This document shows, piece after piece, positions 49,176 to 63,584 of a stretch of 64,000 nucleotides of DNA. This DNA comes from Camelus dromedarius. Its lineage: Eukaryota. The notes under the pieces were generated by a model, which did not search any database, was not told the origin of the DNA, and was given only the letters and a program-made list of their open reading frames with translations. Position 1 is the stretch's first letter; every line of letters starts with the position of its first letter. The stretch is from NCBI RefSeq assembly GCF_036321535.1, contig NC_087437.1, forward strand, positions 14,448,001-14,512,000, given 5' to 3'. A program made the position numbers and the translations under genes.

Positions 49176-52100
49176 CACGTGGTAAGTGCCCAATAAATGT
49201 TCACTGTTATTATAAATTATATTACTGAAAAACAAACAGGTGGGACCTTAATATAACTGAAGTTCCATTTGGTCCTGATTCTGTGCGGTGACATGCTCAG
49301 AGAAGCAGATACCCAGCAGAATAATATGACTGAAAGCAACTAAAAACTTCACTCCTACCCTCAAGAAAATGGCCAAGGTTGGAGGGTATATTTTTATAAT
49401 ACTAATATAATTGATAATAATAATACGTTAAAATCCTGTCTTGCCGTCTCTGTTGCTCACAGCATCTGACACTCATGACAGCCACGCCACCCATTTTCTC
49501 TTCCTCTCCCCTGGCCAACTCCCAACCAAAGAGCGCTCCTTAAAGGCCTGTGGCCTGGCTGAGCACCTCCAGGTGTTGGACCCATTTTCTGAATCAGCAT
49601 CACAAAAAGGCAGGAGTCAGACAGGCAGGCTTGAAACCTGGGATGGGGGTGGCGGAGGTGAGACTGGGGTTATCACAGATGAACAGTTTTGTAACTGCTA
49701 CACACACAGTGAAAAAGGGAAACCGAATAAAGATCTTAGTCACTTCTGAACGGAATGGTGCTTAAGAAAGACTGTGCTAAATAGCTCTACTTGGGTAGCA
49801 TTGAATCACAGGAGCTTTTATGAGGAACTTAATACACAGGCGGTAAATACCCTCATTCTTGGTGTCCTGCTACAAAGCTCTGGACCCAGGACTGGAGGAG
49901 GTGTCTCCTATCACAGAGCTCATCCTCTCTCAGAACCTCACTGGCTCTGATTAAAGGTAGCTCTTCACTCACTTTATTATTTCATTTTTAACTACTGTGG
50001 ATTAAAAACTGAACCTAAAAGGGAAGGGGAACAGTTAGAGGCAGAGAAAAGAACGTGTTGCCAGGGAGCCTGACAGACCGAGGTGAAGAGCGATCTGACT
50101 GCCCAGTCCTAACAGCGACCCTGGTCCCTCCAGCCGGGCCGGGTCCCACTTTACCTCCTGACTTTTTCTCCAGTAGTGGGTTCCAGCTTTGAGGGCCATC
50201 AGTGCTCTCTGTTCAACTCCCTCGGTTCCAGCACATGTTGCAAGACCCTTGAGGTGACAGGGCATGGTTGGGGAAGCAGGGCTCTACCCTGCAAATGGCC
50301 AGGTCTGCCAGAGCAGCTTCCCGGAGCCCACACTGCTCCAACCGGATGACCTCAACTGACTCATCAGGTTATGAGAGGAGTTGGGACTAGAAATCATTTC
50401 CCTGGGGGATGCCGGCTGGATAATAGCTATCATTTGTATGCAGTTGAATGACTTGCAGAAGAGCACGGCTCAGAGCTCCCAGCTGCATTCTATTTCTGGC
50501 AGCATATGAAACAGTTGGGAATGTGGATTCCAAAAGGTGATGTGGGCATTATCGTAACATCTGGGGCTGGGGTTTTCTTCCACCCCATCTAGATTTTGGC
50601 CAGAGGTCTGCATCCAAAGAAGCTGTGGCCTGCCTTCCAATCACATGCCTGACACTTCTCCCCCATTTCTACCTGCCACAGTCCTGAGCCTCTTGGCAGC
50701 CGTCCCCCAGAGAGTGCCAAGGGAGGAAGTTAGACATAAATATTCATGAGGGGAAGAGAGACTAGAAGACAGAGGTCGGGGACCCTTTTTCTGAAATGGG
50801 CTACTGGCTTCTTGCCTTGCTTTCCTTTTCTTCTCACCCATCCTCTTAGAGTAAATGGACATTTAAAGTGGCCATTATCTTCCTCATCCAGTGGGGAAGA
50901 GGCCAGACAAGGAAGGTGACAGCCAGGAGAGGTGTGGGAACCACACACATGATCCCCTGGATGGCAGAGGGCTTCGCAGCCCAGCTTACACCAGCGCTGG
51001 GTAACTTGCCCCACGTTCCTCATACATGCACGTCAAGGAGGGTTGGGTAAGGAGGGCAGAGAATTGCAGGGGGCAATTCTCTGGAGGGGTAGGGGCAGAA
51101 AGGCTGTTCCTGTTCACCCTGGCCAGGCCATCTGGGACTCCAGCCTGGGGACAGTCATTCAGGAGCTCACACTGCTGCCCCTGATCCCCCAAGCCTCTCT
51201 GCACCAGGCAAATCAGATCAGGAAGATCAATAAGCCACAGCGTTGAAGGCTGTAGGAGAGGGAGGGTATTTCAGCCCGTTGCCTCCAGGAGCGGTCAGGG
51301 GTGATGCTTGGTGGCCTGAATCTATGAGTCTTTGAAGAAGTTTGCTCCCAGATGGAGCATTCTCCTCTGCTCTCACCTTTCTCCTCTCTGAGTCAAATCA
51401 GCACTGATCACCAGGTTTCCGAAGCATGGGCAGCTGGCAAAAGCCCCATTTTGACCCTTACCAGGGGTCTCTTCTCTGACAGCTATGTGTTTCAGCTTCA
51501 AGCTCCTGCTCTTCAGTTATCTCACTATCCCAAGCTAGGATTTTCCCTATTTCTGGTTACCCTCACCTAGGTTTTATCTTGTAACTTGCAATCAGAGAGG
51601 CACAGTTTAACTGTCTCTACATAACGTTCCTTTCCCTTTCCTTGCACTAGAATTGGTCTCTCAAATCAGATTAATTTATAGAGCAGCCGTCACAACTATC
51701 TTGATGTGCCTGCTTTTGCGTGAACTCTATTTAGTGCCTTTTTCTACTGTGTGGCAAGAATAATTTTACTAATCTCAACAGACAAGACCAAGTGTCAAGT
51801 CACAGCAAGGGGTGTAGACTTCTCCCTGACTTGATCTAACACCACAATGAGTTTCTTGTCTCCTCTAAGGGCTAGTTCTTCAGGTAACAGAACACATCAA
51901 TGGTTTAACACAGCCTTTGACCCAACCAGTCTCATGAGCCATGTATAGGAAGGCTGACACGTTGACTCAGGGGAGTCCCTGAACTGAACAGTGAAGCCTC
52001 TTACTGGTGAGAATGAATGAAGAGCTTTGTACGTATTAGAGCTTAAGGGGCCAGCAGGAGGCAGTGTGGCATAAAAGGAACACTGAACTTGTAGTGAGAG

Positions 52101-52558
52101 TCCTAGCTTGGGGAGCATCCTAACTCTGCAACTCACTGGCCACATGACATGGACAAAACCTTTAACCTGATACTGTTCAGCTGTTAATGATTACTGTGTA
52201 CCAGGTACCACACTTGGCATTGCTGATACATTGTGGATGTGACCAGGTTTTGCAGCTAAGTGTGACAACCCTGGTTATTTTAGGGGGGTCTTGTGAGAGT
52301 CACTTCTTTTTGTTAATTTTGCTTTCACAATGCAAGCATTTCTACTGAAAATATCATTAGTAACAAATATATTTTAAAGTCCACGTAGGAGATCATTAAT
52401 GTATCCAGCCAGGATACCAAATTGAAAAAAGTACATAGCAGTGTACACAGGGAATGCACATTATCTTGTGGGAAAAATTTTTTTATGCATTTATACAGAG
52501 TAAGATGTAAAAACGCTTCTGCCGTTGATACAAGTTACTTATTAACAATAAATTGCAT

Positions 52559-53139
52559 GAGGATACATACACCCCACTGTTCATAGCAGCATTATTTACA
52601 ATAGCCAAGATATGGAAGCAACCTGAGTGCCCATCAACAGATGACTGGATAAAGAAGATGTGGTATACATATACAATGGAATACTACTCAGCCATAATAA
52701 AAGAATGGAATTTTGCCATTTGCAGCAACATGGGTGGATTTGGAGGGCATTATGCTAAGTGAAATAAGTCAGACAGAGAAAGACAAATACTGTATGATAT
52801 CACTTATATGTGGAAAATAAAAAATACAACAAACTAGTGAATATAACAAAAGGAAGCAGACTCACAGATATAGAGAACAAACCAGTGGTTACCAATCAGG
52901 AGAGGGAAGCAGGGAGGGGCAGTATAGGGGCAGGGGACTAAGAGGAGCAAAGTATTAGGTATAAAATAAGCTACAAGGATATATTGTACAACATGGAGAA
53001 TATAGCCAATATTTTGTAATAACTATAAAAGGCATATATTGTGAGCCTCTATATTGTACACCTGTAACTTATATAATATTGTACATCAACTATACTTTAA
53101 TTAAAAATAATAATAAAATAAAATAAACTTTAATTAAAA
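52559..53139 (+). mobile_element. 5'-truncated L1 3' end
   Basis: ORF 52553-52762 (TPLFIAALFTIAKIWKQPECPSTDDWIKKMWY). Near-TSD AATAAATT[G/T]CAT at 52547-52558 and 53140-53151. Confidence 0.92.
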
Positions 53140-55864
53140 AATAAATTTCATAGAATTCCACTTGATCCTCTTAAAAGCCATTTTTCTATGTTCTTATTGA
53201 ACTCCTGGGAAGACTGGAGGCTCATAAAGAACAACCTCTATTTATATGGCGTATTTCCATATCACTCCTAAAAGGGTCAAAGCCACAGAGTAGAGTGGCT
53301 GGAAAGGATGGATTGAGGACAGTCTTCAGATCACCATTTCACGAAGATGAAGAGGCTTCGTGAGGGCTTCTTTGCTTGTTTGGAACCCAAACGACAGCCC
53401 CTGGGATCCCCCTGAAAGAATAAATACCAAAAGGATATTGGACCTGAGCAGACTTAGATTCGGTTCGCATTGGAAGGTTTTAAGTAATTGAGAAGAGCAT
53501 TTTAAAATCAATAACTGTAACGAGAATTTACAAATCAATAAAAAGATAGTATCCTATTAAAAACTCCTCATGACATACTGGTAAGTGAAAAACAGAAAGA
53601 GTAACTGTCTTCTACATATAATCTTACATTTTGGAAAAGAAGTATTTACAGGTGTATATAGGATATTAACTGTGTGATTATCATTGAATGGTGTGGTTCT
53701 GGGCCTAACTTAAGGCTTTTCTGTTTTCCAAGCTTTCTGCAATAGGCATGAAAGAAATATCTTTTATACTCAGAAAAGTGATTATAAACAAAATGCCCGA
53801 GTATTATCTATGCAGGAAAGGGACTGTGTGCTCGTCACTATTTTATCCCCAGTGTCAGGGCTGGATGCTGGAATCGCCTGAGAGAGCTTGTGAACTATGC
53901 AGCTTTCTAAGCCTGGAGATGCTGACTCGATTTAACTGGTAGGAGACGAGGCTGCCAAGGAAAGTGGAAGCAGATTCTTGGCTAAGTCGTACTAAAGAGT
54001 TTTACCAGAACCGTCATTTCCCATATAAACTCCAGGCTTATTGTAACATTGGGCAGAATCTGTGCTTCGGTTGAAAAAGATCACTGTACGCTCCCTTCCA
54101 TCTTGGCTCCATTCCTTGCTCTACCTGGGACAGATCATCTAGTTCAGTTTCCCCTGAGATGCTTCCCGGGCTCCTGGGACTTGGAAAGGCAATTATCTAT
54201 CAAATACCAGATGGCTGTGTCTATTAGCCCCATGAGGAAAAACAGTGATGTGAACAAAAGACGTGATTAGCTGGCTGACTAACAACAGGCCATCTCAGCA
54301 CAGATGTACTGGAAACAAAGGTGGGGTTGGATACAAAAGTTTTTATTTTCTTGGGTTTATTAACAATGCATTCGTTATTTCAGTAGGACTTTGATGTTAA
54401 TAGTGGGGAGACATGGAGAGAGGACTAACTTTTACATCACAGCATTCTCATTTTTATTAAAATAACAGTGTTCTTAAAATTGCATGGTAAGAGATGATTT
54501 AATGTTATTTTCTATCCACTTGTAAAAAGTGGTAATGTGGCTTCCCGGGAGATTTTTTTTTTTTTAGTTTAAGAATTCCAAACTAAGCGTTTTTAGCTCC
54601 ATTTATGACTACTATGGAAAACTAATATTCACACTGTTTACCTCTACATACACAGGCCTATACTGCATAAAAAAGAAAAAGACAGTTGAGGCTACCCACC
54701 ATTCCATTTCTGCTTAGGTGAAAAAACAAACAGCAAATTTTCTGAGATGCTGCCTATTGAGCAACCCCACATAGACTCTGGGATCTCCCAGCTCTCAGTT
54801 AACTAAGGTGTAAGTGGGGAGAGGAACGATCACAGATAATTTAAAGCATAATTAAACCAAAACTAGGCAAAATAAGGTACTAAAATTTTAGTTCTGTTAA
54901 TTCTGTTAAAATATACTGCTGGGGGGGGGTGGGTTTTGTTGTTTTACAGAGAGATGTCCCCAAGATACAAGAAATCATATTTACTTGTTAGTATGTATTT
55001 CTAACAAAGACACATTCAAAGACATAGATATTCATGCTGAATTGTGATGATTTTATTTTTTGACAAAGGCATTATCATGCATACTTTCTGGGCACGGCTA
55101 ATCTTCAGACTGATTTGTTTGCCACCCCTACATAATGAACAATTAAACCTCCTATCACCCGGACCCATGTTCCTAACATGTAGGTAAGTGAGGAAGAGTA
55201 GGAACATGGATGTGCTTTTAGAGATTAACGAGTTTACTTGAGGATACTGGGGGCAAAATAATGTAAACAAGTTTTATTAATGATAAATAACTTTAAAATT
55301 ATTTTTAAATTAAAATACATTGTACATATTACAGAATATAAAGCAAAATGTATATGATTTTTAAAGACAAAACAGAAGACTTGAAAGAAATTTCCTGCTT
55401 AGAGAGACCATTTTCCACTGTACCCTGAAACTCCAGAAGGTGGGACTAGGGTGGAGGTGGATGATATATATATATTTTTTTCTCATTTTATATTAGATGT
55501 TCTTCTGTGAAAAGATTGAGAAACGTTTGATGAGGGCATCAGGAAAAATAGCATAAGATTTAGTTAAATAGATGTCCATTTAGTTATGAAGGGATTCTAT
55601 TCAGTAACACTTTTTCTGAAAAAGCCTGCCTCTTAAATGAGCCAAGCATGAATACTAATTACCCTGCTTATGAGAAGTCAACACTTAGTTTAAAGAAATA
55701 CAAACGGCTAGATTCTCACAATTTCCTGATAGAGAACCATTCGTTTTCTCATTTACCTACTTCAACATCTCATTTGCCACTTTTGTTGTTAAAAATTCCC
55801 ATGACTTATGCATGGAACCTGGCCTTTTGCTGCTGAAGATTTTCTAAAACTCTAACGATGATAT

Positions 55865-56085
55865 TAGTCAACACCTACATAGTGCTTACTGAGTGTGCCA
55901 GGCACTGCTCTAAGTGCTTTTCATTTAACCATCACCAGCCACCCTATATGACACAGTTATCCCCATTTTCCCATTTTACAGATGAGGAAACTGAGGCACA
56001 GAGAGTTCAGAAATTTCCCCAAAGTCATGTGGCTTAGAAATGTCTTGGTTCGCAAGACTGGACCCTGGGTGATCTGGCTCCAAAT
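55865..56085 (-). mobile_element. MIR SINE
   Basis: cccattttacagatgaggaaactgaggcacagagag. Confidence 0.9.
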
Positions 56086-56849
56086 CTACCCCATCTAGTA
56101 TTCTACCTGGTAGATCTCACCCTGTCTAAGCAACCTTGCTTAGTTTGATCTGCCACCAAGCTGCCAAATGTGTCAAGGAAGGTCTGATAGTTTCCACATG
56201 CACTGACTGCAGGATTTTCATTCCAATTTTAATGGAAGCAGAATCCTTTCTTCCCAGCGGTAGATCAATTAACCAGACTGCACTGGGGCCAGGGAAGGTT
56301 GACTTCTCTTTTCAGGACTGATAGCAGAATATAAAAGATTAAATTTTGCTTTTATCTAGGCAAATGCACAGATTGGGGTCTCCCCAGAGACCTTCTCTAA
56401 GCTTAAGCGAGAGTAGACTCTAAAAAGACCTCTGGGGCTCACCCTTTGGAGAGAACAGCCTGAGACTCCCCGTATAGAATTATCACTGGGCACATGCACG
56501 CATTAGCAGGTCATGAGAAGGGAACCCTAGGAGTCCCAGGGTCGTTAGGTAGGGGTATGCTCCTGTCACGATGTGGTTTTTATGTCTGCTGCTTTGAGGG
56601 TTCATAAGGCATTTTCTTTCCGCATTTTAATAGTCTTGTAGCCTTAAACACACTGCCTTCTGCCTTTATCTGCCTATGTGTGCTAGAGAAACTGCTTCAG
56701 CCAAGAAACCTCATTCTTCCATAGGGCCCAAGTGTCCTTTCAGTGAAGCCTTCTGGAGTGCAGGGAAGACACCTCTCGTGACAGAGCACCCAGACCAAAT
56801 ATGCCTTGATAAGATGGTGTTTCTGTAAGAGGTGCCCCGACTCAGTTTT

Positions 56850-56998
56850 TTTTTTTTTAATTTTTTTTATTTGTTTGGGAGGGTTATTAGGTTTTTTATT
56901 TATTTATGTATTTTTATTTTAATGGACGTACTAGGGATTGAACCCAGGACCTCATGCATGCTAAGTGTGCACTCTACCACTGAGCTGTACCCTCTCCT
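56850..56998 (-). mobile_element. tRNA-derived SINE (Vic-1-like)
   Basis: Reversed A/B boxes (gggattgaacccagg, ctaccactgagct). Near-TSD GA[C/T]TCAGTTTT at 56839-56849 and 57001-57011. Confidence 0.9.
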
Positions 56999-58248
56999 CA
57001 GATTCAGTTTTGTCCTCTCTGCTGCCAGCATCCTGACTGTATTGTCCAGTCCAGACATCTGTGTGGAGCAACAGCAGGTGTTAATCCTTAGCTGGAGGTA
57101 GAGGAACCTTAATAAGAGAAGTATTCATTGGGAATGCTTGAATCCTCACTCTGGAATGATAAGTAAATACATAAATAAAAACAAGTAAGTATATGTATGT
57201 CTTCACAGACATTAAACCGGTACATCTCCTCCTCCTCTTAAGAGTCCTGTCTCATCACAGCACATCACTCCCACTCCTGAGGCGCAGTGGGGTCTTTAGT
57301 GCGGGAGGCTGGCAAGATGGTGGGCTCGAAAGCAGGCAGTGCGGGATGGGAAGGGCCACTGAGTTCCTTTACCTGCTCCTTAGGTCAAGAGAGGACCAGT
57401 CTGGAGGGCCCAGCTCACAAGGCTCTCCCACAGTGTGGAGGGTGGAGTCAGGAAGAAGATAAGATGATATAAGAGGAAATGGAAAGAGGGAGGGAGACAG
57501 AAGCAAGCACAAGAGGGGCATCTCCAGAGTTCTCTCTGAGATCTGGTGTTGGGAGACTGAAGAATTCAGGGAAGTGCCCCGGCACAGGGTTCTAGCCCTG
57601 TGCTCTGGTTGGGACTGGGGAGTGGGGAGGAGCGCTGCCGGAGGTCCTCCAAACCAGTGTGGAGCAGCTTGGTTTCCACACGGCAAGGATGCCGAAAGAA
57701 GAAACAGAAGCATCATAGCAGGTGTTGGGGCGGACCGTGGAGCCAGGGCTGAGTGGTGCTGGGGCACACTGTGGGGTCTGCGGCCGGCTGAGGAAAAGCT
57801 GAACAGCAAAGGGGAGCTGGCCAGGCTTACCTCGGAGCATGGCTGGAGGTGAAAGAAGGGGACGGTCTCGTTCTTCACCATCAGAAGCCATAGGCGACAG
57901 GGAAACAAGGGGCATTACTGCAGAGCAGCGGGTGCCAGGCAGTGCGTGTAACAGGACCAGCACGGTGCCCGATGCCCCTCCCCGCCCCCACCAGACCCTG
58001 GGGGGGCTGGTGCCATCATAGGAAGAGGGAAAGCTACCAGGCAACCTGAATATTTTAAAATTACTTTATTGAACTAAAATTTAAGCTAGATTGGACATTT
58101 AGTTACAGTAAAATGTGTTACATTAGAAGTAATTAGAACTAATTTTTTTACAAAGTGATTAAAACAGAGAATCATGAAGAGTTATATATGTACATATTTA
58201 AACATTTAATTTTAGTTTAACGTAAATGTACACTCACACAGCACTCTT

Positions 58249-58356
58249 TTCTTTTTCTTTTTTTATTGCGGTACAGTCAGTTTATAATGTGTCAATTGCT
58301 GGTATACAGCACAAGTCTTCAGTCATACATGAACATACATATATTCATTTTCACAT
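58249..58356 (-). mobile_element. Short young L1 3' end
   Basis: TSD ACAGCACTCTT at 58238-58248 and 58357-58367. Confidence 0.88.
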
Positions 58357-61300
58357 ACAGCACTCTTAATATGGATAAAAGACCTTTTCTTTACCTATTG
58401 ACCTTCCAATTAGAGTTCTGCTGCTTATTTCTGGCGTTAATCACCCCCATAATGCTTTGTCGACAATTTCTACTTGTATTTTCTTTATTGGGTCAATTAC
58501 TTTTTGAGACACTTGCAAAGAAATTTGAGCGTAGGATCTTAGATTTTTTTACAGTTTAAAAAAACACTTCACAATTGCCTTGATACCTAATTGAAAGCAT
58601 CGTTAAAGGAAACTTGCCTAACTAAGCCTATTCAAAGCATTTGATTTAGTTTTCATACAGACAACTCTTTTTAGTCATTTTTTTTGTCATTACTAAAATA
58701 ACACATAAAATGGACATAAACATATTTGGAGACACAACTGACTCTTGAAACAAAGTGGAAGACACCTCAGAGAGAACTTGTTCCCTGTGAGTTCTCAGTG
58801 TCCACGGGCATCAGTCTGTATGATGTGATGAAGGAATGGTGGGTACTGGTTAATTCAGCAAGTCAGTTAAATGGCGACGGGTTAAGAGTGTGAATAGTGG
58901 ACCGTTTTCTCTCTAACAGCACATGAGGGATCAAAAGGAAGGCAGGTTATTCATAGATGACATTTTAAAAACTGTTCACCCCAGAACTTCTAGGTTACAG
59001 GCACTATGAGTTAAACTTTGAAAGCCAAGTGCATATGTTCTGTAATAAATTAACCAAACCATATATGTATGTAGCTAATTTGTCAAAGGACATTCAATGG
59101 AACACTAATTTTTTATCCTGCTAAGTCTTTTCCATGATATTCTTGATTGCACAATAGTAAACCAATATTTTGTTCCTCGTCTATAGAGTTTATCCTAGTT
59201 TCTGCTTACACAACTTCTGAAAAGTCTCTTAAAATATGATCTTCATTGCTGTATTTGTAAAGAAGCTTGTATCTTGCTATAAATGCTCCAGAATCATAGC
59301 CGCCTGATCTACCACTTAATTCAGGTTTGGCTTGGCTTTGTTGCTCTGGCCCTGTCTGTTTCTCTGATCTGTATCCTCTCTCAAGGCAATGACATCATTA
59401 CTCTGACTATAGACTAAATAGGAGAGAATGTTTTCAGCTTCTTTTGGTTGGAAAAGTAACTTCCTGATTGGGGGTCCCAGCTCCAGATAGTTTCTCCCCT
59501 ATTACATGGACACATGGGTGCTTTCAGTTTAACTGTTAGATTTCACTCTGCCCTTTACCCTGTCTACACTTCCTGTCTCCGAAGGTGCCTGATGAGCAAT
59601 TTCATGTCTAGTGCCACACAGGCCTCTCTTGTTCCGTGCCCAGGCACTACCTACCTATGCAGTAGTCTAATCCCAGCTCCCCATGGTCCTCTGAGCCGGC
59701 GGCGGAGCAGGTTGAAGGGAGAGTTGGTGAGCTCTTCCTTGACACTATGCCCATGTGTGCATTCCCCTTCGTGTTTGCAGAGCCAGAGGGACCCTACAGG
59801 CTAACTCCTGGCAGTGGAGCAGGGGGCCGTGAGTGCTCACTGATTTCTCCAGCTGTAGGAAAACTCTCCCCCAAGAATGAACGGGTGCCTCCACTGCCTG
59901 TAGCTGATGAGTTGAGGACCTTCCCAGCCTGTCAGAGGATGCAGGCTCCAAAATGGGGATGACTTCCTCAGGTTGGAGGGTCAAGAATAATACCCATTTT
60001 TGGTTTCGTTTTGTTATTGTTTTCTCTAAAGCCAGCACTGTCTGCTTTATCAGGAGCTGTTAAGTGTTGCTTCACAGGGTTGGTAACTCTTTGTGATCTG
60101 TTTGCGGCAAATTTCTGAATCTTCCTTTTAAAACGTTGGAGGTGGGAGTTGGTTAACTTCCCTCAAATCATTTGAACTGATATACTGTCCTGTTCCTGCT
60201 ATAAACACAGCTTGTAATTTATTTCTTACTGTCCTAGCTCTGAACTGTACCTGCAAAGACATGTCATGTGAAATCATTTTTAAAATGCGTAGCATCAACT
60301 GCTGTGCTGGGGTCAATTTTTAATACTCTGGAAAGGCTTAGGGATCAAAATTCAGCTGAAAACTAAGTCTGTCCTCTGTGAGTAGAAACAGAAGTGTCAG
60401 TCAAGAGCATATTGTGACAAATCTCTGGGAAATGTGTCCTCCATTGATTGTGTGGTTATCCCTGGAAAGAGCATATAATGAAATAAGTCCTCCCAATCCA
60501 AACTTCCTTTTGATGAAACCTTGGCAACAAAATTGACAACAGCTTTGCTAATCCTCGGTTTCAAGTCTTTAAGAATAATTTTGCTGGATGATGCATGCTT
60601 TGAGGATATGATATTTTAAAGATTCTCATACTGCTTCCAGACATCTGAGGTTTTAACATGCAAATTGGTATATCATTTCTCGTCTCCCTGTGTGTGCACA
60701 TGTGTGCATGTGTGTGTGTATGAGTGTGTGTATCCTATCATATCAAATCAGTTGGTCATATCACAGAACCAGACCCTGGGCATGTTAGCCTCTCTGAGCT
60801 ATCTTCTCCCATTGTAAAGGGAAGGACTATGAATGTCCTTGTAATGGGCAACAGTATATTTTATTTTAAGCATGCCACAGTTATAACATTCTTTCATTCT
60901 AATGGTAGAGAATTTTGAAATCACATGCTTATGTGTGTCCTGCACATGCAGATAACATAAAATAAAGTTTTATCTCCAAGTACCTGGACTGATTTGAATC
61001 ACATATATATAGAGAGACTGTTTCTTAACTTTTGTTTTATATTTTAATATAGATAAACTGGGGGGGGGGGCCAGTTTAAAAAGATTAAAATTGTTTTGAG
61101 TGAATATTAGATCTACCCCTAAACCAGTCTTCACCATCAGCCCACCACGACCAACCCCAGTGCTGGAAGTTATATAATGGAATGGTGGTATATGGGGCCA
61201 CCGCAGGGTTGAGAGGTTGGGGGAGGAATTCTGGGCCTGAGCCTCCTGGGGGACTCACTAACTCATTAACTTCAGTAGTCATTTTGAGTGCCATCTAACA

Positions 61301-62197
61301 GGACAGCATAGGTTTCCCAGCAATTTCCTATTCAGGAAATTCGGGGGAGTGTCCTGGCTTACTCTAAGCTTTGCATGTATTAAGGCACCAAACTCTGGAA
61401 AAGGAAAAAGACAGGAACAAATAATCAATAGGCTTTAAAAAAAAAAATCTGATGCCTCATGTGCCACGTCTTCCTCACCGCCATTAAAGACTGTCTTTTA
61501 GACTTAATTCTCTATTTCTAACCTGCTAAGATGAGAACCATAGCTGGTCCTCGCCTCCTTTCTCAATCTTCACACCCCATTAAGATTGAAGCTAATTTGT
61601 CGCGTTGACACTGAGGAAAGTTATTATTCAAAGCTGAATTAAAAAGAGAATTTATACAGAACAAAACCAGTAAGCCAAGCAGCCTTGACATTTAATTTTC
61701 TTGGAAACCTTTCCCATCGAACCAGGAAAGTCTGCACACTACACATTTGCAAAATGAAAAGTGGTGTTGGAGGGGGATAATCTCCCCATAGAAACGATGA
61801 GTGAATAAAGTGAAAGAGATTGGATGTTATAGATGGTCCTTTCTCCTTCCCTTGTCCTTCCCATCCTTACCCTGAAATGACATTTGTGAGCTCAGGCTTT
61901 TAGAGGCAATCTTATTTATTTTTTGCCTTTTTTTCATAGACGTGGAGAGTTTGGGAAAGTAAAGAAGGAGAAATTTTATTTATGTTTTTGGCCATCGAGT
62001 CCAGGTTTGCACTATTAACTATTGTTGCTTCTTCATCCTTATGCTCAGAGGATTAATCAACAGTGTCCATCTCCCGAGAGTTGCCTCAAAATTCTAATGT
62101 GAATTATTAAAGATTAGTTCAAGATACTGTTTGACTCCTTAACGGGGGCTGCACATACAGAAAGAACCATATTTCAGGATCCATTTAGCTGCCTTTT

Positions 62198-62606
62198 TCA
62201 GTCAGGGTAGGTAATGTTGGCTGCTTTAACAAAAATCTCACTGGTTTGACATGATAAAAATGCATCCATCACTCACATGCTGACCAAGTGTAGATTGGCA
62301 AGAGGTGAGGTGGAGAAGGGTCCTGTTCCCTTCAGGGACCTAGAATTTCTCTACAATCTGTCTTCCTTCTTCACAGATTGAGCATCCATCCCCTGGGTTC
62401 TCTGTATTCACCTGGCAGCAGAGTGAGAGAGAGAGTAGAGGCTCACACAGCACAGACACAGGTGGGTCTGTATCCAGGACACTGACTAGAACTACTCAGT
62501 CACGTGGCCCCACCTAACTGCTGGGGAGCTTTGGACCTGTAGTTAAGCTCCATGACCTGCAGAAGGAAGAAGTGAGTTTGGTGAACCCACAGTACTGGCT
62601 CTGCCT
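62198..62606 (-). mobile_element. MaLR LTR (MLT1J/K-like)
   Basis: cagtcacgtggccccacctaactgc...gagtttggtgaac...ctctgcc. Confidence 0.7.
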
Positions 62607-63238
62607 TGGTTCTCTTTCCTTTTGCTACCCGTACAGGTGCATGCCATCCTACTCCTAGGGTGGTTTACCTCTTATGACACCAGCACGCTTAAACTGACTG
62701 GTCCACTGGTTAGGCATGTGTTCGTTTGATCCTATTTCATTCCACTTACTTGCCTCTGGAAGGAGATCATTACACATAGAGCAGGATTTTTCTCCTGTCA
62801 GCGATATAAACATGTGTACATACACACCCTGCTTGAATCACCATATTTTTAAAGTGGGTTCTACAGGTCGTGGCTGCTGACTGTTTTAATACATACCTGT
62901 GGGAAGTTGGAGGGGGTGTCATCCATTCGTCTGTTATATTGGGAAAAGCTTTAAATGATTGTTCCTCTCCACCAACCTGTTCCTCTGTGGGGAAGAAGAA
63001 AACATTCTAGGACTTTAAGATGAACAAATGATCAAAAGAAAAGCAAAGCCAGAGAGGTTTCAGCTCAGATGACAATGGAATGAAGTAGCACCCAGATGTC
63101 AAGTAGAAGATCACTTGATTGCAAATTTGAGGCACAGTGTTCTAGAGAGATTCATTTATGCCATTTAATTTTACTCCAAAATTCAGAGACTAAGGAATTC
63201 TCACCTCAAGTTGGTTCTTGATTAAGAAGCAATTCAGA

Positions 63239-63584
63239 TCTAAAAGAAAAGAAAAGAAAAAGACAAATGAACATAAATGTAAAACAGAAACAGACTCATC
63301 GACATAGAATACAAACTTGTGGTTGCTAAGGTGTGGGGGTGGGAAGGGACAGACTGGGAGTTTGAAATTTGTAGATACTGACAGGCATATGCAGAATAGA
63401 TAAACAAGATTATACTGTATAGCACAGGGAAATGTATACAAGATCTTGTGGTAGCTCATGGTGAAAAGGAATGTGAGACTGAATATAAGTATGTTCATGT
63501 ATGACTGAAAAATTGTGTTCTACACTGGAAATTGACACAACATTGTGAAGTGACTATAACTAAATAAAATAAAATTTTGAAAAA
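63239..63584 (+). mobile_element. Young lineage-specific L1 3' end
   Basis: Perfect 15-bp TSD AAGAAGCAATTCAGA at 63224-63238 and 63585-63599; TT/AAGA endonuclease-type site. Confidence 0.93.

Noticed and set aside
53300..53435. Minus-strand acceptor (tttattctttCAG at 53412-53414) and exon-like sequence
   Set aside because: Stops in all frames within about 85 nt, no clear donor and no recognisable peptide.
57369..58044. 179-aa and 150-aa minus-strand ORFs
   Set aside because: GC-rich, stop-poor sequence with ORFs in several frames on both strands and no recognisable homology.
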